DNA of 25,517 bases from an uncultured Intestinimonas sp. (GTDB lineage: Bacteria; Bacillota; Clostridia; Oscillospirales; Oscillospiraceae), in assembly GCF_944387245.1 (NCBI RefSeq), contig NZ_CALXEE010000026.1, forward strand, positions 1-25,517. The letters run 5' to 3'. Position 1 is the first letter of the stretch; every line of letters begins with the position of its first letter. The notes beneath the pieces were generated by a model that had not been told where the DNA came from, did not search any database, and saw only the letters and a program-made list of their open reading frames with translations. A program made the position numbers and the translations under genes. Shown one piece after another: positions 18,483 through 25,517 of this stretch.

Positions 18483-19595
18483 TCACTCGCCTGCCTTCAG
18501 CCGAACGGGCAGCACCATATAGAGGAAGTTCTCCTCCCCCTCGGCGGGGAGGATGACGCAGGGGGCCACCCCGGAACTGAGCTCCAGCCGCACCTTGTCG
18601 GTGGGGGCGGCCTTCAGGGCGTCCATGAGGTAGCGGTTGTTGAAGCCGATTTCCAGATTCTGGCCATCCCCGGAGATGGGGCACTGGTCGGCGGCGTCGC
18701 CGATGCCGGTTTTGGTGGTGATGCTCAGCACGTTGTCCCCAAAGACGCAGCGCAGGGGGGACTTGAGCTTGTCGGAGATGATGAGGGAGACGCGGTCGAT
18801 GGAGGTGAGGAGGGTGCGGGTCTCGCCCTCCACCTTGATGGCGTTGTTGCGGGGGATGGCCTGGCGGTAGGCCAAAAACTCACCTTCCAGCCGGCGGGAC
18901 ACCAGCATGGTGTCCCCCATGCGGAACATGACGTGACGGTCGCCCTCGATGACCAGGGCCTCGTCCTGGCTGTCGCCGCAGATCTTTTCCACCTCATTGA
19001 GGGCGGCGCCGGGCACCACGAAGGAGAAGGAGAGGGCGCCGTCCTTTTCCAGAATGGGCTCGTGGCGGAGGGCCAGCCGGTAGCCGTCCACGCTGACCAT
19101 GGTGAGGCCGTCGGCGCTCACCTCGAAGAGGGAGCCGGTGTGGATGGGGCGGGACTCGTTGTCGCTGACGGCGAAAATGGTCTGCCGGATCATGGAGCCC
19201 AGCTTGTCCCGGGAAATGGAGAAGCTGTTCTGGTCCTCCACGGCGGGCAGGTCGGGAAAGTCCTCGGGATCGGTGGCCAGGATGTTAAACTTGCTCATGC
19301 CGCAGGTGATGTTCACCATATAGCCGTCGGCGGAGAAGGACACCACGTCGTCGGGCAGCTTGCGGATGATCTCGCCAAAAAGGCGGGCGGAGAGGACCAG
19401 GCTGCCCTCCCGCTCGATCTGGGCGGGGACAATGGTGCGGATGCCGGTCTCCAGGTTGTAGCCGGTGAGGCGGAGCTGGTCTCCGGCCTCCACCAGAATG
19501 CCCTCCAGGGCGGGAATGGAGCTCTTGAGGGAGACGGCCCGGGCCGTGGTGGCGATGGCCGACTGAAGGAGTGCTTTTTCACAGGAAAACTTCAT
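18483..19595 (-). CDS. dnaN: DNA polymerase III beta subunit (sliding clamp)
   Basis: The ORF track extends to 19913 through the DnaA-box cluster. The real start is ATG 19595 (MKFSCEKALLQSAIATTARAVS..), giving 370 aa. The C-terminal ..YLMDALK.. motif is typical of DnaN. Confidence 0.95.
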   Translation of the reverse strand: MKFSCEKALLQSAIATTARAVSLKSSIPALEGILVEAGDQLRLTGYNLETGIRTIVPAQIEREGSLVLSARLFGEIIRKLPDDVVSFSADGYMVNITCGMSKFNILATDPEDFPDLPAVEDQNSFSISRDKLGSMIRQTIFAVSDNESRPIHTGSLFEVSADGLTMVSVDGYRLALRHEPILEKDGALSFSFVVPGAALNEVEKICGDSQDEALVIEGDRHVMFRMGDTMLVSRRLEGEFLAYRQAIPRNNAIKVEGETRTLLTSIDRVSLIISDKLKSPLRCVFGDNVLSITTKTGIGDAADQCPISGDGQNLEIGFNNRYLMDALKAAPTDKVRLELSSGVAPCVILPAEGEENFLYMVLPVRLKAGE

Positions 19596-19639
19596 GGGAG
19601 TGGGTTCCCTTCCTTTCGTGCTCCGCTCGTTTTTGAGGA

Positions 19640-19818
19640 GAGGAGAGGATAAAAGATAGAAATAGTACTCGTAGTATAAAATATTGTGGAAAAGCGTCGG
19701 AAAGCCTTGGGAGAGAGGACGCGGGGCGTCCACAGGGGTGGTGGACAAATTTCGAGGGTTTCCACACAGGGGAAAAAGGGCGAAAAATTGTCCACAGGGG
19801 ATTATCCACATTTCCACA
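19640..19818 (-). other. oriC module between dnaA and dnaN: AT-rich unwinding candidate plus DnaA-box cluster
   Basis: Boxes relative to TTATCCACA: perfect at 19802-19810; TTGTCCACA at 19788-19796; TTTTCCACA (minus strand) at 19685-19693; 2-mismatch boxes at 19740-19748, 19758-19766 and 19810-19818. The AT-rich stretch 19651-19684 has a 3-nt periodic array TAG AAA TAG TAC TCG TAG TAT AAA ATA directly abutting a box. Confidence 0.75.
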
Positions 19819-19977
19819 AAAACCGGTGGATTTCGACCCTTTGGGTTTTCCAGCGGTAAATGGGTATTTATACAGAAAATGCATAGAGTTGCATGCTGAG
19901 TATGCAGGGCCATGCAGGATTTCCGTCATTTGCAGGAGGGCCGTTTTTCGCCTTCCCTGAAAGGCTGTTTGCCTTGT

Positions 19978-20002
19978 CGTAGGGGCGGACAGCATCCGCC
20001 CG
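19978..20002 (+). repeat. G-type hairpin
   Basis: cgtaggggcgga-cagca-tccgcccg. Confidence 0.6.
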
Positions 20003-20300
20003 TTAAACCACGTACCGGCCCATTGCTTTCTGTTGCGTAAAAGGACGGGAGAGACGGCTCAAAACCCGTTTTGCTTCCCTGCTGGAAAAAGAACGGTTTT
20101 TGAAATCCAAAGAAAAAGGGGCTTCTAAGCGGGTTAGGTGGCTCCAAATAGGAATCCGGCGGCCCGGCTTTACGCCCCCGTTGAGGTCCAGCCCCGTCTA
20201 CGGTAGACTACCTGGGCGGAACAGGGGCAAGCTGTGGTCCTATCCCCACTTTTTTTGCCGCCTGCGTGGGTGGGTGTCGGGGCGTGGTGGCGCTGCCTGG
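20003..20300 (+). repeat. Family-B repeat, copy 3 (in the dnaA-dnaN spacer)
   Basis: Aligns with 9153-9420 including the ~35-nt left linker, and with 13616-13882 including the right extension. Confidence 0.85.
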
Positions 20301-20346
20301 GATTGCCTCATCTGCAACGTGGGGTGGTTTGAGGGGCGGTGCGCTA

Positions 20347-20557
20347 ACCTTCCCCCATCCAGGGGGAAGGTGGCATTTGCGGAGCAAATGACGGATGAGG
20401 GTGCGTTAGTGTGGCGGATTTGGCTTTTTTTCTATCCAGCGAAACCCGTCCAGCATAGCTGGCCGGGCCTACGCTAAAAATGTGGCACCGGCACATTTTT
20501 TTCACGCTGCGGCCTCATCTGCCCCTTCGGGGCACCTTCTCCCCCGGGGGAGAAGGT
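20347..20557. mobile_element. D element copy 3 (long form, 211 bp)
   Basis: Left end: ACCTTCCCCC-atcca-GGGGGAAGGT, gcatttgc-ggag-caaatg.c, GGATGAGGGTG (20393-20403). Right end: GCCTCATCTG, tgcccc-ttc-ggggca, ACCTTCTCCCCC/GGGGGAGAAGGT (20534-20557). The interior is collinear with D1. Confidence 0.7.
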
Positions 20558-20580
20558 TTTTGTGGGGAGTGGGCCTTTGA

Positions 20581-20604
20581 CCTTTCCTCTTCCAGGGGGA
20601 AGGC
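20581..20604. repeat. Degenerate P-type palindrome abutting the dnaA stop
   Basis: cctttcctc-ttcca-gggggaagg (imperfect 5' arm), ending 1-2 nt from the dnaA stop codon. Confidence 0.4.
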
Positions 20605-20605
20605 T

Positions 20606-21934
20606 TTACTCGTACCGGGCGTTGATATTGGCCCGGATGTCCTTGATGACCTCGGAGATCTCGGGGGTGGTCTTTTTGAGCTTTTCGATGCGCTCGATGG
20701 AGTGGAGGACGGTGGTGTGGTCCCGGTTCTCGAATTCCCGGCCGATCTCCTTCAGGGACATGTTGGTCATCTCCCGGATGAGGTACATGGCCACCTGCCG
20801 GGCCAGGGCGGTGTCCTTGGTACGGCCCTGCCCGCGGAGGGCGCTGTTTTCGATGTTATAGAAGTTGCAGACCTCCTCGATGATGACGTCGGAGGTGGGC
20901 ATGATGTCGGAGGGGTCCTTGAACATATCCCGCACGGCCCGGGTGACGGTGGCGGCGTCGATGCTGCTCCCCTCCAGGTCCCGGAGGGCCATGATCTTGT
21001 TGACGGTGCCCTCGATCTGCCGCACGTTGGCGGTGATGTTCTCGGCCACGTACTGCAAAACCGCCTCGGGCAGCTCCACCCCCATGCGGATGGCCTTGTT
21101 TTTGATAATGGCCATGCGGGTCTCGTAGTCCGGGGGCTGGATGTCGGCGATGAGGCCCCACTCGAACCGGGTCTTCAGACGGTCCTCCAGCTTGAGCATC
21201 TCCTTGGGGGGACGGTCGGCGGTAAAGACGATCTGTTTCCGGGTCTCATAGAGGGTATTGAAGGTGTGGAACATCTCCTCCATGGTGGAGTCCTTGCCGG
21301 CGATGAACTGGACGTCGTCCATCAAAAACACGTCGGCGGAGCGGAACTTCTCCCGGAACTCCTGGTTGCGGCCCTCCCGGATGGCCTGGATGAGCTCATT
21401 GGTGAAGGCGTCGCCCTTGATGTAGACGATGCGGTAGTCGGGGTGGTCGTCGTGGATCTTGTGGGCGATGGCGTAGAGGAGGTGGGTTTTGCCCAGGCCG
21501 GACTCGCCGTAGATGAAGAGGGGATTGTAGTTCATGGCGGGGTGGTCGGCCACCGCACGGGCGGCGGCGTGGGCGAACTTGTTGGACGAGCCCACAACGA
21601 ACCGCTCAAAGGTATACTCCTCCGTGCCGGGGAGGAAACTGTCGTCCTTGGGGGCGGTATTGCGCTGCCGGCGCTCCAGATCGCCGTCCCCCAGCACCTC
21701 CACCTGGAAGTCGGCGGAGAAGAGCTCGTGGAGGGCCTTCTGGATGGGGGGCAGGTAGCGGGAGACGATGATGTCCCGCTTGAAGTCGGACGGGGTGTGG
21801 AGGATGAACTTGTCGCCCTCCATGGATACGGCCACCGTATCGTCAAACCAGGTATGGATGGTGGTGGCGGTCATGTCCGCCTCCATGAGGACAAGGACCC
21901 GGGACCAGATGTCGGCGGCGGAATTCATGGCCAT
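20606..21934 (-). CDS. dnaA: Chromosomal replication initiator protein DnaA
   Basis: The ORF track starts at TTG 21958. ATG 21934 (MAMNSAADIWSRV..) lies 8 nt after GGGAGG, giving 442 aa. It has the AAA+ Walker A motif GESGLGKTHLL and the C-terminal DnaA-box-binding helix (..HTTVLHSIERI..). Confidence 0.98.
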   Translation of the reverse strand: MAMNSAADIWSRVLVLMEADMTATTIHTWFDDTVAVSMEGDKFILHTPSDFKRDIIVSRYLPPIQKALHELFSADFQVEVLGDGDLERRQRNTAPKDDSFLPGTEEYTFERFVVGSSNKFAHAAARAVADHPAMNYNPLFIYGESGLGKTHLLYAIAHKIHDDHPDYRIVYIKGDAFTNELIQAIREGRNQEFREKFRSADVFLMDDVQFIAGKDSTMEEMFHTFNTLYETRKQIVFTADRPPKEMLKLEDRLKTRFEWGLIADIQPPDYETRMAIIKNKAIRMGVELPEAVLQYVAENITANVRQIEGTVNKIMALRDLEGSSIDAATVTRAVRDMFKDPSDIMPTSDVIIEEVCNFYNIENSALRGQGRTKDTALARQVAMYLIREMTNMSLKEIGREFENRDHTTVLHSIERIEKLKKTTPEISEVIKDIRANINARYE

Positions 21935-22131
21935 GGCTGAGACCTCCCTTTGTTGCAAAATGCGTTCTCTCTCCCGTTCCAGGGCAGCAAAGCATCACCC
22001 TTAAAGGCGGACCTTCAAGGATGACGCTGGGTGCCCCGTGGACGGGAGCCTCTTTATCTATGGCGCGCAAGGGCGGAAAGTTGTACGTTCGCGTACACAT
22101 TATAACAAAAATAAGCGGGGTAAGCAATAAG

Positions 22132-22236
22132 TTTTCCACAGGGCTATCCACTTTTCCACAGGGAAAAAAGTGGGGCAGGAGGGCCTGTGGCACAACATCT
22201 TGTGTGTAAGGGAAAGTCCTTGACATATGTGGAAAT
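22132..22236. other. oriC module upstream of dnaA: DnaA-box cluster
   Basis: TTTTCCACA at 22132-22140 and 22152-22160, CTATCCACT at 22144-22152, and ATTTCCACA (minus strand) at 22228-22236. Confidence 0.65.
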
Positions 22237-22252
22237 TCCAGCAAAAATATAG

Positions 22253-22282
22253 TTGACAGTGGGGGAAAGCTTGGGCTATAAT
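22253..22282 (+). promoter_or_regulatory. rpmH promoter
   Basis: Consensus -35 TTGACA (22253-22258), 18-nt spacer, consensus -10 TATAAT (22277-22282). Confidence 0.7.
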
Positions 22283-22403
22283 AGTTACCGCGTCCCGAAA
22301 ACAAGGGGGGCGTCTACCCAAATGACGACCTCGGCCGGTTTTCCGGCCGTTGTGGTGGACGGGCTTGCCCGTCTCAAGGAACCGTTACAGGAGGTGTTCA
22401 GAC

Positions 22404-22538
22404 ATGAAGCGTACCTATCAGCCCAAGAAGCTCCAGCGTTCCAAGGTCCACGGCTTCCGGAAGCGGATGGCCGACCGGAATGGCCGGAAGGTCCTCTCCC
22501 GCCGCCGCGCGAAGGGCCGCGCCCGCCTGTCCTACTAA
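22404..22538 (+). CDS. rpmH: 50S ribosomal protein L34
   Basis: 44 aa from ATG 22404 after AGGAGG: [44 protein letters not shown]. Confidence 0.97.
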   Translation: MKRTYQPKKLQRSKVHGFRKRMADRNGRKVLSRRRAKGRARLSY

Positions 22539-22652
22539 GGAATGCGGCATTTACCGAATAGAGCGTCATGAAGGGGCGGGGGAGCAAATTCCCACCGCCC
22601 CTGCAGTGCATACGGAAGTTTTTCCGGTGCCGTCACACAGGAGGGCCGCACC

Positions 22653-23000
22653 TTGAAGTTCACCGTCACCATGAAACGAAATCATGAGTTCCAGCGCCTT
22701 TACCACAAGGGGAAAAGCGCCGCCAGCCCCTACCTGGCCCTCTACTGCCGCAAGAGCCGGCGGGGTCAGAACCGGCTGGGCTTCACGGTGGGGAAGAAGG
22801 TGGGGTGCGCCGTCAAGCGCAATCGGGTCCGCCGCCGCCTGCGGGAGATCTACCGTCTTCACGAACACGAGCTCACCCCGGGCTATGACATCGTGGTGGT
22901 GGCCCGGGTGAAGGCCGTCTATGCCAAATACGCCCAGCTGGAGAAGTCCTTCCTCTCATTGGCGGACAAGCTGGGCCTGAGAAAGAAGGCGGAGGGGTGA
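22653..23000 (+). CDS. rnpA: Ribonuclease P protein component
   Basis: 115 aa. The TTG start lies 7 nt after AGGAGGG. The basic RnpA pattern is present (..[11 protein letters not shown].....L.LY........[21 protein letters not shown]). ATG 22671 is an alternative start. Confidence 0.88.
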   Translation: MKFTVTMKRNHEFQRLYHKGKSAASPYLALYCRKSRRGQNRLGFTVGKKVGCAVKRNRVRRRLREIYRLHEHELTPGYDIVVVARVKAVYAKYAQLEKSFLSLADKLGLRKKAEG

Positions 23001-23215
23001 AAGCCCTGCTCCTGGCGCTTATCCGGTTCTACCGCGTCCACATTTCGCCCGCCCGACCTCCCTGCTGCCGCTTCATCCCCACCTGCTCGGCCTACGCCCT
23101 GGAGGCGGTGGAGAAATACGGCGCCTGGAAGGGCGGCTGGCTGGCCCTGCGCCGCATCCTCAAGTGCCAGCCGTTCCACAGGCAAAAGAGCATCGAATAC
23201 GACCCGGTGCCTTAG
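22997..23215 (+). CDS. yidD: Membrane protein insertion efficiency factor YidD
   Basis: 72 aa with [11 protein letters not shown]....CRF.PTCS.YA.EA....G...G..L...RI.KC.P. The GTG start overlaps the rnpA stop (GTGA). Confidence 0.9.
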   Translation: MKALLLALIRFYRVHISPARPPCCRFIPTCSAYALEAVEKYGAWKGGWLALRRILKCQPFHRQKSIEYDPVP

Positions 23216-23243
23216 GGCCTGAATCTTCTGTGGAGGCAAGCAA

Positions 23244-24677
23244 ATGGATTTCGCATACTATATTCTTACGCCGTTTTCCTGGCTGCTTCAGTTCTTCTAT
23301 GACCTGACCGGCAGCTACGGCTTCGCCCTCATTCTCTTCGCAGTGGTGGTGAAGCTCATCCTCTTCCCCTTCTCCCTGAAGGGAAAAAAGAGCATGATCC
23401 AGATGAACATGCTCCAGGGCAAGATGCAGCAGATCCAGAGAAAGTATGCCAACGACAAGCAGAGACAGAATCTGGAGATACAAAAGCTCTACGAAAAGGA
23501 GAAGGTCAACCCCATGGGCGGCTGCCTGTGGTCCCTGCTCCCCATCTTCATCCTGCTGCCCCTGTACGCCATCATCCGCCAGCCCATGAAGTATATGATG
23601 GGCCTGGACGAGACCCAGATCACCACCCTCATCGACGTGCTCAACCAGTACGCCGCCACCGCCATCGACCCCTCCAAGAACGTCTACTACCAGCTCATCG
23701 CCTCCAACGTGCTCTTTGAGAACTTCGACGCCGTGGTGGCCAACCCCGCCGTTGCCGCCTTCGCCGACAACCTCAAGCAGCTGGACTTCTCCTTCCTGGG
23801 GCTGGCTCTGTCCACCGTCCCCACCTGGAAGATCTGGGCGGGTCCCTTCAACTGGAACGCCATCGGCACCTTCCTCATCCCCATCGTGTCCGCCTGCACC
23901 GGTCTGCTCTTCTCCGTCATCTCCATGCGGACCAACCAGCTCAACAAGAACCAGCCCGAGAACGAGCAGGCCAAGACCACCAGCCGGACCATGATGATTA
24001 TGTCCCCGGTGATCTCTCTGTGGGTGGGTTATTCCATGCCCGCCGCCATGAGTATCTACTGGGTGTCCAACAACGTCCTCTCCCTGGTCCAGGAGCTACT
24101 GGCCGGCCGCATCCTGAAGAAGGACTACGAGGCCGCCGCCGCCGCCCGTGCCGAGCAGGAGCGGCTGGAGAAGGAAGAGGAGAAGCAGCGCCGCCGGGAG
24201 GCCGCCGAGCGCAAGGCGCAGGCCATCGCCGACGCCAAGGCCAACAGAGGCAAGAAGAAGGCCAAGCCCGCCGAGGAGAAGAAGAAGAGCGACGCCTCCG
24301 TCATCGACGTGAGCCGCGTGGGCATCCGCTCCTACGCCCGCGGCCGGGCCTACGACCCCTACCGGTACAGCCCCGACGGCCCCACCCCCTATAAGGACCC
24401 CGGCGCCCCGGTGGACGAGACCGCCGTGGAGAAGGCGCTGGAGAAGAAGTCCGACCACCTCCAGGCCGTGGCCGCCGAGGGCGTGGCCGACGAGCTCATC
24501 GTGAATGAGATCCTGGAGGAGAACGCCGCCGCCGATGCCGCCGCTGAGACCACGGAGACCGTGGAGAGCGCCGCTGCCGATGCCGGCGACGCCGCCGACG
24601 TCCAGGACCCCTGGGCCGGTATCGACGCCGAGGTGGAGGCCATCAACGCCGAGACCCAAGACAAGGATAAGGAATGA
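23244..24677 (+). CDS. yidC: YidC/Oxa1 family membrane insertase with a long charged C-terminal tail
   Basis: 477 aa. The core has the family pattern (GFALILFAVVVKLILFPFS.K..KSM..M..LQ..M..IQ.KY..D....N.E...LY.KE.VNP..GC). About 190 C-terminal residues are Lys/Glu/Ala-rich low complexity. GGAGG RBS. Confidence 0.9.
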   Translation: MDFAYYILTPFSWLLQFFYDLTGSYGFALILFAVVVKLILFPFSLKGKKSMIQMNMLQGKMQQIQRKYANDKQRQNLEIQKLYEKEKVNPMGGCLWSLLPIFILLPLYAIIRQPMKYMMGLDETQITTLIDVLNQYAATAIDPSKNVYYQLIASNVLFENFDAVVANPAVAAFADNLKQLDFSFLGLALSTVPTWKIWAGPFNWNAIGTFLIPIVSACTGLLFSVISMRTNQLNKNQPENEQAKTTSRTMMIMSPVISLWVGYSMPAAMSIYWVSNNVLSLVQELLAGRILKKDYEAAAAARAEQERLEKEEEKQRRREAAERKAQAIADAKANRGKKKAKPAEEKKKSDASVIDVSRVGIRSYARGRAYDPYRYSPDGPTPYKDPGAPVDETAVEKALEKKSDHLQAVAAEGVADELIVNEILEENAAADAAAETTETVESAAADAGDAADVQDPWAGIDAEVEAINAETQDKDKE

Positions 24678-24704
24678 CCCCAACATAAGGAGACGATCAG
24701 ACCT

Positions 24705-25517
24705 ATGTTGCAGTATATCGAGACCACGGGTAAAAACGAGGAGGAGGCCATCAACGCCGCCCTCCGGAAGCTGGGCCTGGACCGGGACGAGGTCTCCGTG
24801 GAGGTGCTGGAGCGGGCCAAGAGCGGCTTTCTGGGCATCGGCGGCAGCCCCGCCAAGGTAAAGGTGTCCTACGAGGTGCCCGACGCGCCCGCCCCCAAGG
24901 CCGAGGAGCCCAAGGCGGAAGAGCCCAAAGCCGAGGCCCCCAAGGTTGAGGCTCCCAAGGCGGAGCCTGTGAAGGCGGAGGAGCCCGCCGCCCCTGTTTT
25001 CCAGCCCAAGACCGAGCCTGACACCCAGGCCGCCGAGTCCGCCCCCGCCGGGGACCGGGCCGAGGCCATCACCACCTTCCTCACCGGCCTCATGGCCCAC
25101 ATGGGCGTGTCCGCTACCCCCCGCATCGCCATGGGGGAGGACGGCAGCTACAAGGTGACCCTGGAAGGGGAGAACCTGGGCGCCCTCATCGGCCGCCGGG
25201 GCGAGACCCTGGACGCCATCCAGCAGCTCACCAGCTACTCCGTCAACCGGGGCCAGTCCAAGCGGGTCCGCATCCACGTGGACGCCGAGGGCTACCGTGC
25301 CAAGCGGGAGGAGTCCCTGGAGCGCCTGGCCCGGAAGGTGGCCGGGAAGGTGGTCAAGTACCGCCGGAACGTCACCCTGGAGCCCATGAACGCCTACGAG
25401 CGCCATGTGATCCACACCGCCCTCCAGGACTACCCCGACGTAACCACCTACTCCACCGGCACCGAGCCCAACCGCCGCACCATCGTGGCCTACTCCAAGG
25501 GCGAGCACCGGAACTGA
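24705..25517 (+). CDS. jag: Jag/KhpB RNA-binding protein (Jag_N + KH + R3H)
   Basis: 270 aa. N-terminus MLQYIETTGKNEEEAINAALRKLGL (Jag_N). KH region G.LIGRRGETLDAIQ. R3H region EPMNAYERHVIH. The stop is at the last base of the window. Confidence 0.9.
   Translation: MLQYIETTGKNEEEAINAALRKLGLDRDEVSVEVLERAKSGFLGIGGSPAKVKVSYEVPDAPAPKAEEPKAEEPKAEAPKVEAPKAEPVKAEEPAAPVFQPKTEPDTQAAESAPAGDRAEAITTFLTGLMAHMGVSATPRIAMGEDGSYKVTLEGENLGALIGRRGETLDAIQQLTSYSVNRGQSKRVRIHVDAEGYRAKREESLERLARKVAGKVVKYRRNVTLEPMNAYERHVIHTALQDYPDVTTYSTGTEPNRRTIVAYSKGEHRN
24894..24983 (+). repeat. In-frame 15-nt tandem repeat in the jag linker
   Basis: Six consecutive 5-codon units: PKAEE PKAEE PKAEA PKVEA PKAEP VKAEE. Confidence 0.8.

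Noticed and set aside
22220-22248. Second promoter-like site upstream of rpmH (TTGACA, 17 nt, AAAAAT).
   Set aside because: The -10 is poor and it overlaps a DnaA-box-like site. The consensus promoter at 22253-22282 is sufficient.
22283-22403. Structured rpmH leader (hairpins ggccgg-tttt-ccggcc and gacggg-cttg-cccgtc) and the hairpin between rpmH and rnpA (22573-22601).
   Set aside because: These may be leader or attenuator structures, but they are short, I recognise no known motif, and comparative support is unavailable.

Overview
This GC-rich window (GC not computed) is the chromosomal replication-origin region of a spore-forming Firmicute, probably Clostridia (taxon is inference only). 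The core synteny is complete. rpmH-rnpA-yidD-yidC-jag runs rightward on the + strand. dnaA-dnaN-(thioesterase)-yaaA-recF-remB-gyrB-gyrA runs leftward on the - strand. DnaA-box clusters lie upstream of dnaA and between dnaA and dnaN. Further left are two small membrane-protein genes coupled to gyrA, then a DUF559 nuclease ORF running in frame into rnhA. Beyond that is a + strand block (gpr, T-box-regulated glyQS, an LtaS-family sulfatase, an AEC transporter), then rpsT and a marR-degV operon.

The unusual part is the intergenic DNA. Almost every spacer is filled with hairpin-forming repeats from several families:
- (P/H/9-mer) a three-part end module: a 25-nt palindrome ACCTTCCCCC-loop-GGGGGAAGGT, a hairpin of variable sequence, and the motif GGATGAGGG. 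It occurs as inverted pairs around the DUF559 gene and around three ORF-less 140-210 bp elements.
- (B) a ~230-270 bp repeat present three times in the same orientation.
- (A) a ~340 bp direct repeat on both sides of the T-box-glyQS unit.
- (C) a hairpin with a conserved loop, TGTGGGGCGCG-GCTTCCCAGA-CGCGCC, in at least 7 copies.
- (G) GTAGGGGCGGA-loop-TCCGCCC hairpins.

My main candidate for a new system is a REPtron-like arrangement. A Vsr-like PD-(D/E)XK (DUF559) nuclease gene sits between structured inverted ends, and non-autonomous REPIN/MITE-like derivatives sit in the gyrB-gyrA, recF-remB and dnaA-dnaN (oriC) spacers. All repeat identities are by-eye estimates. No database search was possible.
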